Assembly (NCBI GenBank): GCA_020350825.1
Contig: CP070724.1
Location: 89,860-153,859, forward strand
Length of the DNA stretch: 64,000 nucleotides
DNA from: Thermoplasmatales archaeon
GTDB taxonomy: Archaea > Thermoplasmatota > E2 > DHVEG-1
Reading direction: 5' to 3'
In this document: piece by piece, positions 9,803 to 23,274 of the stretch
Layout: each line of letters starts with the position of its first letter
Numbering within the stretch: position 1 is the stretch's first letter
The notes under the pieces: generated by a model
What the model was told of the DNA's origin: nothing
The model's database searches: none
The model's input: only the letters and a program-made list of their open reading frames with translations
Program-made: the position numbers and the translations under genes

Positions 9803-10714
9803 TTATGGCAGATAATTTGTATTTTTTAATTCACCGTTAAATGCGACCATGAGTTGATCAGGCACATCCATATTTGCCTCAACTTTTACAACATTACCAG
9901 CTACCGGTGCGTAATATATAGAACCAAAAAGCCCCTCGAAGAATACAATATTATACGCATCATATATTCCTGCTTTCACAGTTACCTCCTCAGCAGTAGC
10001 AGAGTATTGAAGTACGGGGACATCCATTTCTGTGTCAAGAATTATCTCCTCTGGTATATCCGCGATAAAAATATGTAGAATCTTTAACACAATAGATTCC
10101 AATTTAATATTCACGGACATAAATGTTTCAGGTAATATCCCAGATTTTCCATCAAATAGTGGGAAATCCAGAATTGGTCTAGGTGTAGTATGTACCGTCT
10201 TTACCGTGATAGTCGCAGGAAAGGGTATGGGAAAAGATAAAGGAAGAGGATGTTCGGTTAAAAGGGCAATTCCTCTTATAGTAATAATCGTTTCTTCTAC
10301 TGCAAGATCAGTTTGACGCATAAGTAATGAACCGAAAATACTTGTAAAGAAAAGACTTCCGTTAATAGTTGTCCCTGCACCATCATCATATTTTAACGTT
10401 CCCTTGATTCTACCAGAGACACTCATTTGATAAGAAGTTGCCGTGGTTCCCTCTACTTTTAAGATAAAATTATCCATTGATAAATCCAGCCCCATGAATT
10501 GCCCTGACATATTAACCTGGATTTGACAAGTGTCAATATCATACTCCCATAAGTCTTCATTTTCCCAAATCGGTACATCATCATCAAAAGAACTTTTATT
10601 TAACTCAGTATGTGATATTTTTATAAGCTCCCCTTTATCATCATTCGTTGCTACAGTTAAAAAAGTAGTTAACAGCATCATGCAAACTAATATTCCAACA
10701 ATTTTACTTTTCAT
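9803..10714 (-). CDS. Secreted hypothetical protein
   Basis: Internal Met at 10714 gives a clean signal peptide MKSKIVGILVCMMLLTTFLTVATN and is preceded by a G-run SD-like element. The track start at 10834 is probably too far upstream. Confidence 0.55.
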   Translation of the reverse strand: MKSKIVGILVCMMLLTTFLTVATNDDKGELIKISHTELNKSSFDDDVPIWENEDLWEYDIDTCQIQVNMSGQFMGLDLSMDNFILKVEGTTATSYQMSVSGRIKGTLKYDDGAGTTINGSLFFTSIFGSLLMRQTDLAVEETIITIRGIALLTEHPLPLSFPIPFPATITVKTVHTTPRPILDFPLFDGKSGILPETFMSVNIKLESIVLKILHIFIADIPEEIILDTEMDVPVLQYSATAEEVTVKAGIYDAYNIVFFEGLFGSIYYAPVAGNVVKVEANMDVPDQLMVAFNGELKNTNYLP

Positions 10715-10883
10715 GTCTTTCCCCCATTTTTTAATTTGATAATGTATACATGATTTAAATATATATCTGTTATCATTTTTATAAATATCTGGAGCTAGTA
10801 TAACCATTTTATAAAAGCACGAAATCTCACTCAATTTTAGGTATGCATTACTTTTTAAATAAGTAGATATTTATTCGCTATTC

Positions 10884-12176
10884 ATGAAAGCTATTTTGCA
10901 GGTGGCTTTGGACCTTCTAAATGCACATCGTGCATTAAGTATTGCAAAAGATGCTATAGAAGGTGGAGCGGACTGGGTGGAAGCAGGTACACCTCTTATT
11001 AAAAGCGAGGGTATGGAAATTGTAAGAGAACTCAAACAAACATTTCCGGAAAAAACGCTTGTCGTTGATATGAAAACTATGGATACAGGTGCACTTGAAA
11101 CAGAAATGGCTGCAAAAGCAGGAGCAGATATAATTTGTATTCTTGCTGCATCAGACGATAGTACAATACTTGACGCATTGAAATCTGCTCGCAGCTATGG
11201 AGCAAAAATCATGGTTGATATTATCGGCGTTAAAGATAAGTTAAAACGAGCAAAAGAATTGGAAAAACTTGGTGTCGACTATTTATGCATGCATGTTGGA
11301 ATTGATGAACAAATGATAGGGAGAAAACCCATTGAAATTCTTTCATCTCTTGTCAAAACTACTGATATCCCAATTGCTGTTGCTGGAGGATTGAACAGCG
11401 AGACTGTTGCAGATGTTGTCAAAGCTGGTGCAAGCATTATAATAATTGGTGGGGCAATAACTAAAGCCAAAAATGTTGCAGAGGAAACAAAAAGGATAAA
11501 AAAAGCAATATCTGAGAAAAAATCTATTGATACCACACTTTTTAAAAAATATGATAAATCCCATCTGAAAGAAGCGTTTTCTATGGTTTCTACGCCAAAC
11601 ATCTCAGATGCGATGCATAAAAAAGGGGCAATGCAAGGGATTAGGCCAATCAAACTTGGTTTTCACATGGTTGGAAAGGCTCTTACTGTTAGGACAACAG
11701 ATGGAGACTGGGCAAAACCTATAGAAGCAATAGACATGGCAGATAAAGACCAGGTAATAGTAGTCGATGTAAATGGTGGAAAAACGGCTATTTGGGGAGA
11801 GCTTGCTACTTGGAGTGCAAAACTCAAAAATCTTGCTGGTGTTGTAATAGATGGTGCAGTTAGAGATTTAGATGATATCATAAAAATAGATTTTCCTATT
11901 TTCTGTAGGTATATCTCGTCTAATGCGGGAGAACCAAAAGGTTTTGGAGAAATTGGTGCAGAAATAAAATGTGGAAATCAAACTGTACAAACTGGAGATT
12001 GGATAATTGGTGATGATTCTGGAATAGTTGTAGTGCCACAAGAGATATCTCAGGAAATCGCTAATCGAGCATTAGATGTAAAAGAACATGAGAACCGTAT
12101 TCGTGAAGAGATAAAAAATGGCGGCTCGTTGGGTAGTGTCACCAAACTAAAGAAATGGGAGAAAATAGTAGGATGA
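10884..12176 (+). CDS. Bifunctional 3-hexulose-6-phosphate synthase / RraA-family (aldolase-like) fusion protein
   Basis: N-terminal half LQVALDLL..VEAGTPLIKSEG..VVDMKTMDTG..VAGGL matches the HPS / OMP-decarboxylase fold. C-terminal half ISDAMHKKG..VIVVDVNGGKTAIWGELATWSA..GVVIDGAVRD..GDWIIGDDSGIVVVP matches RraA/DlpA. Confidence 0.85.
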   Translation: MKAILQVALDLLNAHRALSIAKDAIEGGADWVEAGTPLIKSEGMEIVRELKQTFPEKTLVVDMKTMDTGALETEMAAKAGADIICILAASDDSTILDALKSARSYGAKIMVDIIGVKDKLKRAKELEKLGVDYLCMHVGIDEQMIGRKPIEILSSLVKTTDIPIAVAGGLNSETVADVVKAGASIIIIGGAITKAKNVAEETKRIKKAISEKKSIDTTLFKKYDKSHLKEAFSMVSTPNISDAMHKKGAMQGIRPIKLGFHMVGKALTVRTTDGDWAKPIEAIDMADKDQVIVVDVNGGKTAIWGELATWSAKLKNLAGVVIDGAVRDLDDIIKIDFPIFCRYISSNAGEPKGFGEIGAEIKCGNQTVQTGDWIIGDDSGIVVVPQEISQEIANRALDVKEHENRIREEIKNGGSLGSVTKLKKWEKIVG

Positions 12177-13159
12177 AGAAGGTTATCTTCTTTTCAGATT
12201 TGGAAATGCTTCATAAAGCACTAAAAAGTTTTAATATTCAGACCTTTGCTGGTAAAAAGGTTCCCGTGAAACTTCATATGGGTGAGATTGAAAATAAGTA
12301 TTATTCTAAACCTCATTTTGTTAAGCTAGTAATTGATGAGTTGAAAAAGGACAATGTAGATCCTTTTCTTTTTGATACGACCGTGGCATATCCTGGATTG
12401 AGGCATTCCAAATCTGGTTATCAAAAGCTTGCAAAAATACATAGTTTTACCTTGAATAAAGTTGGGTGCAACGTCGTAATAGATGATAATGGTATTCCAA
12501 TTAGTGTAGAAAATAGGGATTATGAAGTTGCTGAGCATCTTGTTGAATCAACTCATATATTTGCGATATCCCATGTTAAAGGCCATGTCGCAACTGGCAT
12601 GGGAGGTGCAATTAAAAATTTTGGTATGGGTGGTGTTACAAAAGAAACAAAAATAAAAATGCATCGCGGTAGTAAGCCTATTTATAAGAAAGATGCTTGT
12701 ACCTATTGTGGTGTATGTGCTGAGGTTTGTCCTTTTGATGCTTTAAATGTTAAAGAAAATTATTGGAACCTAAAAACGGGATCTTGTTTTGGGTGTGGAG
12801 TATGTGTTGATGCATGCAAGGATAACGCACTAACTTATACAGATGCAGATTTTCAATATGTACTTGCATGTGCTGCAAAAGCATGTGTTCAAGATAAAAA
12901 CGTGATCTATCTAAATGAATTAAAACGAATTGCAAGAAGTTGTGATTGTGATCCATATGCAGATCCTATTATATGTCCAGATATTGGTTTTCTAGTATCA
13001 GATGATCCGGTTGCAATAGATAGTGCATCGCTTGATCTCATACATGATGTAAAAGAAAATGTTTTTGAAAAAGAAAATAAGGTTAATCCGTTTAAACAAA
13101 TAAAATATGGTGAGGATATTGGACTTGGATCCTCTGAATATACGTTGATAGAACTATAA
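12173..13159 (+). CDS. DUF362-like protein with an inserted 2x[4Fe-4S] ferredoxin domain
   Basis: CTYCGVCAEVCP and CFGCGVCVDAC motifs. ATG at 12173 overlaps the upstream stop as ATGA (translational coupling). Confidence 0.7.
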   Translation: MKKVIFFSDLEMLHKALKSFNIQTFAGKKVPVKLHMGEIENKYYSKPHFVKLVIDELKKDNVDPFLFDTTVAYPGLRHSKSGYQKLAKIHSFTLNKVGCNVVIDDNGIPISVENRDYEVAEHLVESTHIFAISHVKGHVATGMGGAIKNFGMGGVTKETKIKMHRGSKPIYKKDACTYCGVCAEVCPFDALNVKENYWNLKTGSCFGCGVCVDACKDNALTYTDADFQYVLACAAKACVQDKNVIYLNELKRIARSCDCDPYADPIICPDIGFLVSDDPVAIDSASLDLIHDVKENVFEKENKVNPFKQIKYGEDIGLGSSEYTLIEL

Positions 13160-13161
13160 TT

Positions 13162-13737
13162 TTATTTTATCGTTTGACTACCTATTGGTAGGATAGTTTT
13201 TCCATAGGTTTCATTAATGACTTCAGCCATGGCAAGGTAAATAGCACTTAATCCACAGATAATACCTTCATATCCTGCAATCATTGTAATTGTGGTATTT
13301 CCTGTAAATTCACCTAGAGCAAGAAGCCAGAACAAAATCGCTAGAGATATAAACACAAACTGTAGTGCCTTGTTTTTCTTCAATGTTGAGATGAACATCA
13401 TAAATGTGAATAATCCCCACATGAAGAGGTATGTTGTCATAGCAATATTCCCTGGTCCTTTGAACCCAGTAAGTTCGGGAATTACTTTCAGCCCAACAAA
13501 ACTTAGCCAAAACAAACCATATGAGGTAAATGCTGTTACACCGAATGTATTCCCTTTTCTATATTCTAAAGCCCCGGCAATGACCTGTGCCATGCCGCCA
13601 TAGAAAATACCCATGGCAAGTATCATCGAACCCAGCACAAAGAAACCTGCATTATGTATATTTAACAGAACTGTAGTCATTCCAAAACCCATTAAACCCA
13701 GAGGTGCTGGATTTGCTAATAGATTTTTCTCAGTCAT
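13162..13737 (-). CDS. GPR1/FUN34/YaaH (SatP) family acetate/succinate channel
   Basis: Signature [14 protein letters not shown] at the N-terminus, six TM helices, 191 aa. Confidence 0.85.
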   Translation of the reverse strand: MTEKNLLANPAPLGLMGFGMTTVLLNIHNAGFFVLGSMILAMGIFYGGMAQVIAGALEYRKGNTFGVTAFTSYGLFWLSFVGLKVIPELTGFKGPGNIAMTTYLFMWGLFTFMMFISTLKKNKALQFVFISLAILFWLLALGEFTGNTTITMIAGYEGIICGLSAIYLAMAEVINETYGKTILPIGSQTIK

Positions 13738-13907
13738 CTTAGATCACAGCATCGCCGAATAAAACAATTCTTTAAAAAGCTATCGAGAGAATAAAGGATT
13801 ATTTCCAAAAGATAACAACAAAACCTGCAAAAATAAGAAATAATACGATAAGAATTGCAATAACTTTTATGGCCCAATTCTTTAATGTTTTTTTATTAAT
13901 TTTCATA

Positions 13908-16619
13908 TTATTTTTCCTGGAATTCCAAATAAAATCCATCGAAAGGAATAATCTTACTATCACGTTTCCCTTTGACTATGATCTCCTTTTCTATTTTAAC
14001 ATATCCATCTTGTACTATTTTTTCATTCGGAACCGCAGAATCTGCAGGAAAAAACTCAGATAACGGTATATCTTCGTCTCTTTGGATTTTTTCAATAACT
14101 TCTTCATGATTATTGTTAATATATTCGACTAATTTTTTACCATCTTTCTTTAATTTAGGACCAATTTTTGAATAAACAGGAGAAACATTCTTAATTACTT
14201 TTTCGACAGCTGGTTCACCTTCGATAAACTTATGTTCAGGCGGATATTTCAAAGTCGAAATTATAATTGAGCTACTTGGTTTTATCTTAGAAATGATTTC
14301 TTTTGACGCATAGGTTGCTGTAGTAGGAAGACAAGCGTTCAAAGCAATACCCTGCCCACTTTTATAATTTCTTACCTGGGCAATGATGTATTCAACTTGT
14401 TCACCATTTTCTTCAGCTTTTTTATCAATAAATAATGACTCTGGCCAAGATGAAATATGAATGCTTTCATCGTCCTCGAATTTTTTGTAAATGTTAACGT
14501 AGATTTCTTCGGTTATATGTGGGAAAAACGGTGCAAAAAGCTTAAGAATCCCAAGACCGACTGTGTATATTGTATACCTGATGCTGTCTACGTTTTTCTT
14601 TTCATAAATGGATGATTTAATCATTTCTATATAATGATCTGCAAGTTCATGCCAAAGAAAATACTCTACTTCTTTCATTGATTGTGAGTAGTCGAATACA
14701 TCCATCTTCATTGTACATTTCTTTACAAGTTTGCTATATTTAGAAAGAATCCATTTATCAATATCTTGCAGCCCTGTTTTTTCAGGTTTACTACCTTTTA
14801 CAACACTTCCTATGAACTGTTGAACATTCCACAGTTTTCTAAGAAGTTTAACTCCTCGGACAATTTCTTTCTTTCTGAATGGATTGTCCTCTCCAAGGGC
14901 ACAACTTGCAGCATAACATCGAAATGCATCAGTGCCATATTCATCTATAACCTCTAGTGGATCTATAACATTACCAAGGCTTGCATGCATGGGAGTACCA
15001 TCTTCTGATAATATAAATCCTCCCATCATGATATTTTCAAAGGGTTTTTCGTCTGTTAAGAGTGTACATCGAAGTATAGTATAAAATGCCCATGTCCGTA
15101 TAATGTCGTGAGCTTGGGGACGTAGGGACATAGGATAAAATTTTTTAAATTTTTCATTATCCCTATACCAAAACGTGTTATATAAAGGAGAAATAGATGA
15201 ATCCATCCATGTATCAAATACATCCTCACATCCTTTTAGTGGACCACCACATTTTGGGCAATTATCAACTGGCGGTTTATCAAAAGTAGGGTCAATATAA
15301 CAATCCTCCGGTCGCGCTAGAACAATTTCTTTACATTTTTTACATTCCCAAAGAGGGATAGGAGTTGCAAAATACCTCTGTCTACTAATGACCCAATCCC
15401 ATTCAAGTGAATTAACCCAGTCTTCAAGTCGAATTTTCATGAACTCTGGATACCAGTTCATTGCATCGCTTTCTTGCAGTACTTTTTTCTTAAAAGTAAC
15501 AGTTTTCAAAAACCATTGCTCTGCATTAATATATTCTACAGGAGTCTTACATCTCCAACATACGCTAACATTTTGATCTAAAGGTTCTTGTTTAATAAGA
15601 ATATTATTCTTTTTTAAATCGTTGATAACACCTTTTCTTGCATCTTTAATTCTCATTCCTTTGTATTTACCACAGATTTCTGTCATTTTCCCTTCTTCGT
15701 CGATGCTCATTTCAAGGGGAAGTTTATACTTGAATACCCAGTTTAAATCTTCTTTATCTCCAACTGTACAAATCATTACGATGCCTGTACCAAAATTAGG
15801 ATCAACAGCATCATCTTCAACAATTTTTACTTCTTTATCAGTTGAAGGAACCTTAACAGTTTGATTAATCAGCCATGGTGTTCTTTCATCATTTGGATGT
15901 ACCGCAACAATCTGACATGATGGGAGCATTTCTGGCCGAGTTGTAGCAATTTCAATATATATTCCGTTTTCATCCTTTCCTATGCTATGATATTTTAAAA
16001 TCTGCTCATCCTGCTTGTCCTTAAAATAGAATTTTATCGTATTAAGTTTAGTTGTCCTATCGCTATATACTACTTCAGCATCTGCCATTGCAGTCATACA
16101 ACGTGGGCACCAATTTACTGGAAACTTTCCTTTATAGATATGGCCTTTATTGTAAAGTTCAATAAACGATATCTGAGTAATTCTACGATAATATTCCGCA
16201 TTTGTCTGATAGTATATTGTTGTATCCATACTTTCTCCCAGTCGTATAAACTGGTCGGTCATAGTCTTGATATTCTTTTCAGCAAAATCAGAACATATCT
16301 TTGTGAATTCATGTCTATCAATATCCTTTCTAGTTATGTTCAATTTTCGTTCAACACGTTCTTCAATGGGTATACCGTTGACATCAAAACATAATGGAAA
16401 AAAGACATTGTAGCCTCTCATTCTTTTGTAGCGAGCAGCAAAATCTATATGAGTATAATGTACAGCATGTCCTGCGTGTAATGGACCAGAAGCATATCGA
16501 GGTGGAACGTCTATACTATATGGCTGTTTATCTTTAACAAAATTGAAGTGATAAATATTCATCTCTTGCCATTTTTTCTGCCATTTTTTTTCCAAGGCTT
16601 TTTGATTGTATTCCGACAT
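13908..16619 (-). CDS. valS: Valyl-tRNA synthetase
   Basis: HIGH-type motif PLHAGHA, editing-domain ATTRPEMLP and GTGIVMICTVGDKED, and SLGNVIDPLEVIDEYGTDAFR after the KMSKS position. The KMSKS motif itself reads PMHAS (see findings). Confidence 0.9.
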   Translation of the reverse strand: MSEYNQKALEKKWQKKWQEMNIYHFNFVKDKQPYSIDVPPRYASGPLHAGHAVHYTHIDFAARYKRMRGYNVFFPLCFDVNGIPIEERVERKLNITRKDIDRHEFTKICSDFAEKNIKTMTDQFIRLGESMDTTIYYQTNAEYYRRITQISFIELYNKGHIYKGKFPVNWCPRCMTAMADAEVVYSDRTTKLNTIKFYFKDKQDEQILKYHSIGKDENGIYIEIATTRPEMLPSCQIVAVHPNDERTPWLINQTVKVPSTDKEVKIVEDDAVDPNFGTGIVMICTVGDKEDLNWVFKYKLPLEMSIDEEGKMTEICGKYKGMRIKDARKGVINDLKKNNILIKQEPLDQNVSVCWRCKTPVEYINAEQWFLKTVTFKKKVLQESDAMNWYPEFMKIRLEDWVNSLEWDWVISRQRYFATPIPLWECKKCKEIVLARPEDCYIDPTFDKPPVDNCPKCGGPLKGCEDVFDTWMDSSISPLYNTFWYRDNEKFKKFYPMSLRPQAHDIIRTWAFYTILRCTLLTDEKPFENIMMGGFILSEDGTPMHASLGNVIDPLEVIDEYGTDAFRCYAASCALGEDNPFRKKEIVRGVKLLRKLWNVQQFIGSVVKGSKPEKTGLQDIDKWILSKYSKLVKKCTMKMDVFDYSQSMKEVEYFLWHELADHYIEMIKSSIYEKKNVDSIRYTIYTVGLGILKLFAPFFPHITEEIYVNIYKKFEDDESIHISSWPESLFIDKKAEENGEQVEYIIAQVRNYKSGQGIALNACLPTTATYASKEIISKIKPSSSIIISTLKYPPEHKFIEGEPAVEKVIKNVSPVYSKIGPKLKKDGKKLVEYINNNHEEVIEKIQRDEDIPLSEFFPADSAVPNEKIVQDGYVKIEKEIIVKGKRDSKIIPFDGFYLEFQEK

Positions 16620-16854
16620 TTTGTCCTCATAAGGAGTGGATTTTAGAAGGCAAAGTAAATTTTTACTTATAAACGTTACCTAATATTCTCACCAAATCTA
16701 TTCTTTTTAAAATACTAGAATTATCTTTGTCTTTTTAAAATACAAATTTTGGTAGAATAAATAATCATTACCTTTATTGAATATGCAATAATTTTATAAT
16801 TGCCATTTTGATTACCTATCCGGGTGCAAAATTCCCTGCACAGGAGGGTAAATT

Positions 16855-18786
16855 TTGGCTGAAGCAATCGCACATGAGTTAGCTAAAAAACAGAAAGAAA
16901 TATCAGTGGCAGAATTCTTTGAACGAAACAAACACATCCTGGGTTTTGGAAATCCAACAAGAGCTCTGGTAACAAGCGTTAAAGAGGGAGTCGATAACGC
17001 CTTGGATGCATGTGAAGAATCTGGCATCCTTCCAGATATTTATGTAGAAATCAGAAATCACGAAGATGGTGAAAATAAACTTATTATTGAAGATAATGGA
17101 CCAGGCATTGTAAAAAAACAGATCCCCCATATTTTTGGAAGACTGCTTTATGGTTCACGTTTCCACGCTATCCAGCAAAGTAGGGGGCAGCAAGGAATAG
17201 GAATCTCTGCTGTTGTGTTATATGGTCAACTAACAACTGGTAAACATGCAAAAGTTATATCAAAAATACAAGAAGATAGACCTGCAACGATTACAGAACT
17301 TGCTATCGATACCAATAAGAATCGCTCAGATGTCATAAATCGAGATATTATGCATTGGGATAAACCATCTGGTACTAGATTTGAAGTAAGTATTGTTGCA
17401 GACTATAAACGCGGTAAACGTTTTGTTTTTGAGTATCTACAGAGTGTATCTATTGTTAATCCCCACGCACAAATCACTTTCAAGGAACCTGACGGTTCTG
17501 AACATTTGTTCGAACGAACAACAGACATGTTGCCAAGAAAAAGTGTCGGGATTAAACCGCATCCTTATGGAGTTGAACTTGGTACATTAATAAAATTAGC
17601 TAAAAATACAAAAAGTAGAAAATTGTCCTCATTTTTGAAGAGTGAATTTAGCAGTATGGGAGACAGAACCACGAAAGCAGTATGTGAAAAGGCTCAGCTT
17701 GATAAAGATTTTAATCCAAAGAATATGTCAAGAGAACAATTCTTGGCACTACATAAAGCATTTAAAAAAGTAAAAATCATGGCTCCTACTACTGAATGTC
17801 TCTCCCCCATTGGCGAAACGTTAATAAAGCGCAGCTTAAAACATGAAACTCAGGAAATTTCCCCAGAATTTATTGTTACAGCATCAAGACCTGCATCTGT
17901 TTATTCAGGAAATCCCTTCCAAATTGAAGCAGGAATTGTGTATGGTGGCAGTCTTCCTAGAGACAATTCTGTTAAATTAATGCGATTTGCCAATCGTGTT
18001 CCACTCTTGTACCAACAAGGAGATTGTGTTTCCACTTCTGCCATATCATCTATTGACTGGCGGAGGTACGGTTTAGATCAGTCTTCTGGAAAAGGGATAC
18101 CATCCGGCCCTGCAATTTTTTTAACTCATATCTCTTCTACACTTATTCCATTTACCTCTGAAAGTAAAGAGGCCATTGCGGACATTCATGAGATCGAAAG
18201 TGAGATTAAGCTTGCATTTAGAGAATGTGCAAGAAAAGTACAACGCCATATACATAAAAAAATACGGCGTGCAAAAACCAGAGAGAAATTTGAATTGATT
18301 ACAAAAATTTTACCTGAAATTGCGAAAAAATCTTCAAATATGCTGGATAAACCAACACCCTCTCTCGATAAAGTGATAACAAAAATAATGGATGTTGTAT
18401 GGATTGAAGATATAATAGAGTATGAGAAAACCTCTTCGAAACCTGTGCAATCTACCCTATTCGACGAATCTTCGGAAAAACGTGAGGGAGGCTGGATCAC
18501 AAAAAGCACAGTCATGGTTGTAAATTATAAAAATAAACCGCAGAAATTCAATCTCTATGCAGTTATTCCTGAAGATGCCGTGATAGGAAGTGTAACACCT
18601 CAACCAACAAAAATCACTGATAATTACATAAAATGGAACCTTGACACTATTATACCAGCAGACAAAAGAGATATTTATTTTGAACTTGCAGGGCTAGATA
18701 AAGAAGATTTTGATGAAAATGATCTATATGTTGAAAATATAAACCCGTCATATGTGATAGGGGCAGATAAATGGGAGGGAGATTAA
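16855..18786 (+). CDS. top6B: DNA topoisomerase VI subunit B
   Basis: GHKL ATPase motifs [12 protein letters not shown] and IEDNGPGI, plus the transducer domain. TTG start 6 nt after AGGAGGG. Confidence 0.9.
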   Translation: MAEAIAHELAKKQKEISVAEFFERNKHILGFGNPTRALVTSVKEGVDNALDACEESGILPDIYVEIRNHEDGENKLIIEDNGPGIVKKQIPHIFGRLLYGSRFHAIQQSRGQQGIGISAVVLYGQLTTGKHAKVISKIQEDRPATITELAIDTNKNRSDVINRDIMHWDKPSGTRFEVSIVADYKRGKRFVFEYLQSVSIVNPHAQITFKEPDGSEHLFERTTDMLPRKSVGIKPHPYGVELGTLIKLAKNTKSRKLSSFLKSEFSSMGDRTTKAVCEKAQLDKDFNPKNMSREQFLALHKAFKKVKIMAPTTECLSPIGETLIKRSLKHETQEISPEFIVTASRPASVYSGNPFQIEAGIVYGGSLPRDNSVKLMRFANRVPLLYQQGDCVSTSAISSIDWRRYGLDQSSGKGIPSGPAIFLTHISSTLIPFTSESKEAIADIHEIESEIKLAFRECARKVQRHIHKKIRRAKTREKFELITKILPEIAKKSSNMLDKPTPSLDKVITKIMDVVWIEDIIEYEKTSSKPVQSTLFDESSEKREGGWITKSTVMVVNYKNKPQKFNLYAVIPEDAVIGSVTPQPTKITDNYIKWNLDTIIPADKRDIYFELAGLDKEDFDENDLYVENINPSYVIGADKWEGD

Positions 18787-18788
18787 AA

Positions 18789-19883
18789 ATGTCGCGTGAT
18801 TATACAAATGTAATTAACAGTATAAATTCAATTGCATCAAAGGTCTATAATGATCTTGAGAGTTCAGAAATACCAAATCTAAAACTTCCTACGCGTACCA
18901 AATCTAACATTCAATTTGATGACAAATTGAACGTGTGGAAATATGGAAAAAATATGACAGAAAGATCTGCAAAATCGTTAGATGGCGCGTATATGATGCT
19001 TCGTACGATGTACATGGTAGATTTCATCAAAGATATGATAAAGGCCAACAAATCATCAACGCTCAGAGAGATGTACTACATTTCTGAGGGGTGGGACCTT
19101 GCGAAATTCAATTCGCAACCAGAATCAGATTCGCTTGCTGAAGATTTAGAAGTAATAACAGGCTGCATGAGAGAAGATTTTAAACTAAGACCAGAGGAAG
19201 ACGGCGCACGAGTAATTGGAAATCTAACTATTGAAGAAGTAACACGAAATAAAACCAAAAAGAAAATTCATTGCCAAGACGATGTTGGAGATTCAGGTTA
19301 TTCCATCCCTTACAATGTTGAGCCGGAAAAGATATCATTTAAAGGAGCGGATGCTGATTTTATTCTTGCGATAGAAACTGGTGGTATGTTTGACAGGCTT
19401 GTTGAGAATGGATTCGATACATCAAACAGAGCAATTCTCGTTCATCTTAAGGGACAACCCGCTCGATCAACAAGACGATTTATTAAGCGTTTAAATAAAA
19501 AGAAAAAATTACCTGTTCTCGTTTTTACAGATTGTGATCCTTGGAGCTATAGAATATTTGGAAGTGTTGCCTATGGAGCTATTAAAACCGCACACATCTC
19601 TGAATATCTAGCAACACCTGCAGCTCAATATCTTGGTGTCACACCTTCAGATATCGAAAACTATAAGCTACCCACTGATAAACTAACAAAAGAAGATATC
19701 AACGCGTTAAAAAGTGAACTTTCAGATCCTCGTTTTCAAGATTCTTTCTGGAAGCATGAAATTAAATTACAGTTGAGTCTAGGTAAAAAATCAGAACAGC
19801 AGGCACTTGCAAAATATGGTCTAGATTACGTCACAGAAACATATCTTCCAGAAAAATTAGCAGAGATGGGAATAAAAAAATAA
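18789..19883 (+). CDS. top6A: DNA topoisomerase VI subunit A (Spo11 homologue)
   Basis: Catalytic-Tyr region [10 protein letters not shown], Toprim [10 protein letters not shown] and [14 protein letters not shown] at 18789 lies 2 nt after the top6B stop. Confidence 0.9.
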   Translation: MSRDYTNVINSINSIASKVYNDLESSEIPNLKLPTRTKSNIQFDDKLNVWKYGKNMTERSAKSLDGAYMMLRTMYMVDFIKDMIKANKSSTLREMYYISEGWDLAKFNSQPESDSLAEDLEVITGCMREDFKLRPEEDGARVIGNLTIEEVTRNKTKKKIHCQDDVGDSGYSIPYNVEPEKISFKGADADFILAIETGGMFDRLVENGFDTSNRAILVHLKGQPARSTRRFIKRLNKKKKLPVLVFTDCDPWSYRIFGSVAYGAIKTAHISEYLATPAAQYLGVTPSDIENYKLPTDKLTKEDINALKSELSDPRFQDSFWKHEIKLQLSLGKKSEQQALAKYGLDYVTETYLPEKLAEMGIKK

Positions 19884-19885
19884 TT

Positions 19886-20329
19886 TTATTCTTTTTTTCC
19901 CCACAATCCATAAGGTGGTATCATTTGGAATCGTAAATTGAGTATATTGTCTTCATCAATTTTTACATAGGTTTTACTGAAAATTCCACCCTTAGAATCT
20001 AATGGGAGGGTGTAAATATGTAATTTTTTACCTTTATAGAATAGTGGTTTTGGTTTTTCACTTTCAATTCTTTTCCTTTTAACAATGAAATGATGTAGGA
20101 TAAATATTATATCAAGAACAACAAACACACCTAAAATAATTATACTTGATATTATCCATTGATCCATTGTTAGAAACGCCAATTTGTAGATTCCAAGAAA
20201 ATAAACACTCATTATAAGTATGGTAATCCAAAGAGCATATATCACAGCCAGTATTAGAATTATTTTAGATGTTTTTAGATATCTGACTTTCAGAATATCT
20301 TCATCCATATTCATTTCTACTGCAGACAT
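19886..20329 (-). CDS. Hypothetical membrane protein (3 TM plus a short soluble tail)
   Basis: Hydrophobic segments only. No family recognised. Confidence 0.45.
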   Translation of the reverse strand: MSAVEMNMDEDILKVRYLKTSKIILILAVIYALWITILIMSVYFLGIYKLAFLTMDQWIISSIIILGVFVVLDIIFILHHFIVKRKRIESEKPKPLFYKGKKLHIYTLPLDSKGGIFSKTYVKIDEDNILNLRFQMIPPYGLWGKKE

Positions 20330-20493
20330 ATCCTTTCCTGTATGTTATATTATTGATGTACGTTTTTAAAACTTTCTATTTTTATATGCTTTGATATTTT
20401 ATATTATTTTTGTTAAATAGAATTATAAAAAGTAACAATGAAGTTAGACTAGGGTGTCTAACTGTAATTTGTATTTATTTCTCTCTAATATCT

Positions 20494-21047
20494 TTATTTT
20501 TCTTTTAAAAATTTTATGAATTCTTCCAATGCCTTCCCTCGATGAGAAAATGTGTTCTTTTCTTCAGTACTCATCTCAGCAAATGTTTTTGTTACAACGT
20601 TAGGAATAAATATTGGATCGTAGCCAAACCCCCCCTCCCCTCTTTCTTTATTGGCTATCGTCCCAATGCATTCTCCAATAAAAAACAAAGGCTTTTTATT
20701 GGATTCAGAATAAGCATATACAGATTTGAAAATTGCAGTTCTCCTCTTTTTATCTTCCAAAAGTTTGAGAATGCCTTTGCAACCAATTGTAAAAAATACA
20801 TATTTAGAATACACTCCAGGAAAACCTTCCAACGCATCCACAAAAAGACCAGCATCCTCAATTATAAAAGGATGAGGGAATCTTTTTTTTATGTGGTCCA
20901 CACCATATCCGGCCACTTCTTTGAGAGAAACTCCCTGTACCTCAGGGTATCCAAGATTTTTTTGGACTACTGTGATATCTAAATTTTTCAACTTTTCTTT
21001 TACCTCAAAGAATTTTCCTTTATTCCCAGTAATAAAATAGATTGTTT

Positions 21048-21051
<4 letters not shown>
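20494..21051 (-). CDS. Non-canonical purine NTP pyrophosphatase (HAM1/RdgB/ITPase)
   Basis: ITGNKGKFFEV, FGYDPIF and SHRGKAL motifs. 4-nt overlap with bud32. Confidence 0.9.
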
Positions 21052-22698
<1,647 letters not shown>

Positions 22699-23268
22699 TT
22701 AGTCAGAATCATATCTATTAAAAAATATTTTTTTCTTGTTGTTTTTATTTATTTTGGATGCTCTCTTACTAGGATAACCAATTGGAATTATAACAACAGG
22801 TTCAAAATTAAAAGGTATTTCGATCAAATCATGCAAAAAATCCATTTCTCCAGGGGTATAAGTAAGCGTTGCAAGTTTTTCATTTTCTGCAGCAAGAACA
22901 ATATACGCTATTGAAAGCCACGTAGATTCCAACCAATAGGGTTTATTGGTTTCACCTGCAACAACAACCAAATACGGTGCATCGACAAGAAAATTCTTCT
23001 CTAAGGAGATTTGTTTTTCTAACATCCACTTTTTAAACCATCCTTCAGAATTTGCGAATAACCTTTTATCAATCTCTTCGCAACGATCCTTAATTTTCTC
23101 TTTTAAAACAGGGTCATCAATAATAATGTAAACATACGGCTTCTTATCTGCACCAGATGGAGCCAACAAACCTGCATTAAGTACTAACTCTATTGTTTTC
23201 CTTGGGAACTTTTTATCAGAAAAATGTCGTATACTTCTACGGTTTTTCATCAATGTATATAGATTCAT
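22699..23268 (-). CDS. Nitroreductase-family flavoprotein
   Basis: RRSIRHFSDKKFP N-terminal signature, ~190 aa. Confidence 0.75.
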   Translation of the reverse strand: MNLYTLMKNRRSIRHFSDKKFPRKTIELVLNAGLLAPSGADKKPYVYIIIDDPVLKEKIKDRCEEIDKRLFANSEGWFKKWMLEKQISLEKNFLVDAPYLVVVAGETNKPYWLESTWLSIAYIVLAAENEKLATLTYTPGEMDFLHDLIEIPFNFEPVVIIPIGYPSKRASKINKNNKKKIFFNRYDSD

Positions 23269-23274
23269 GGTTCT

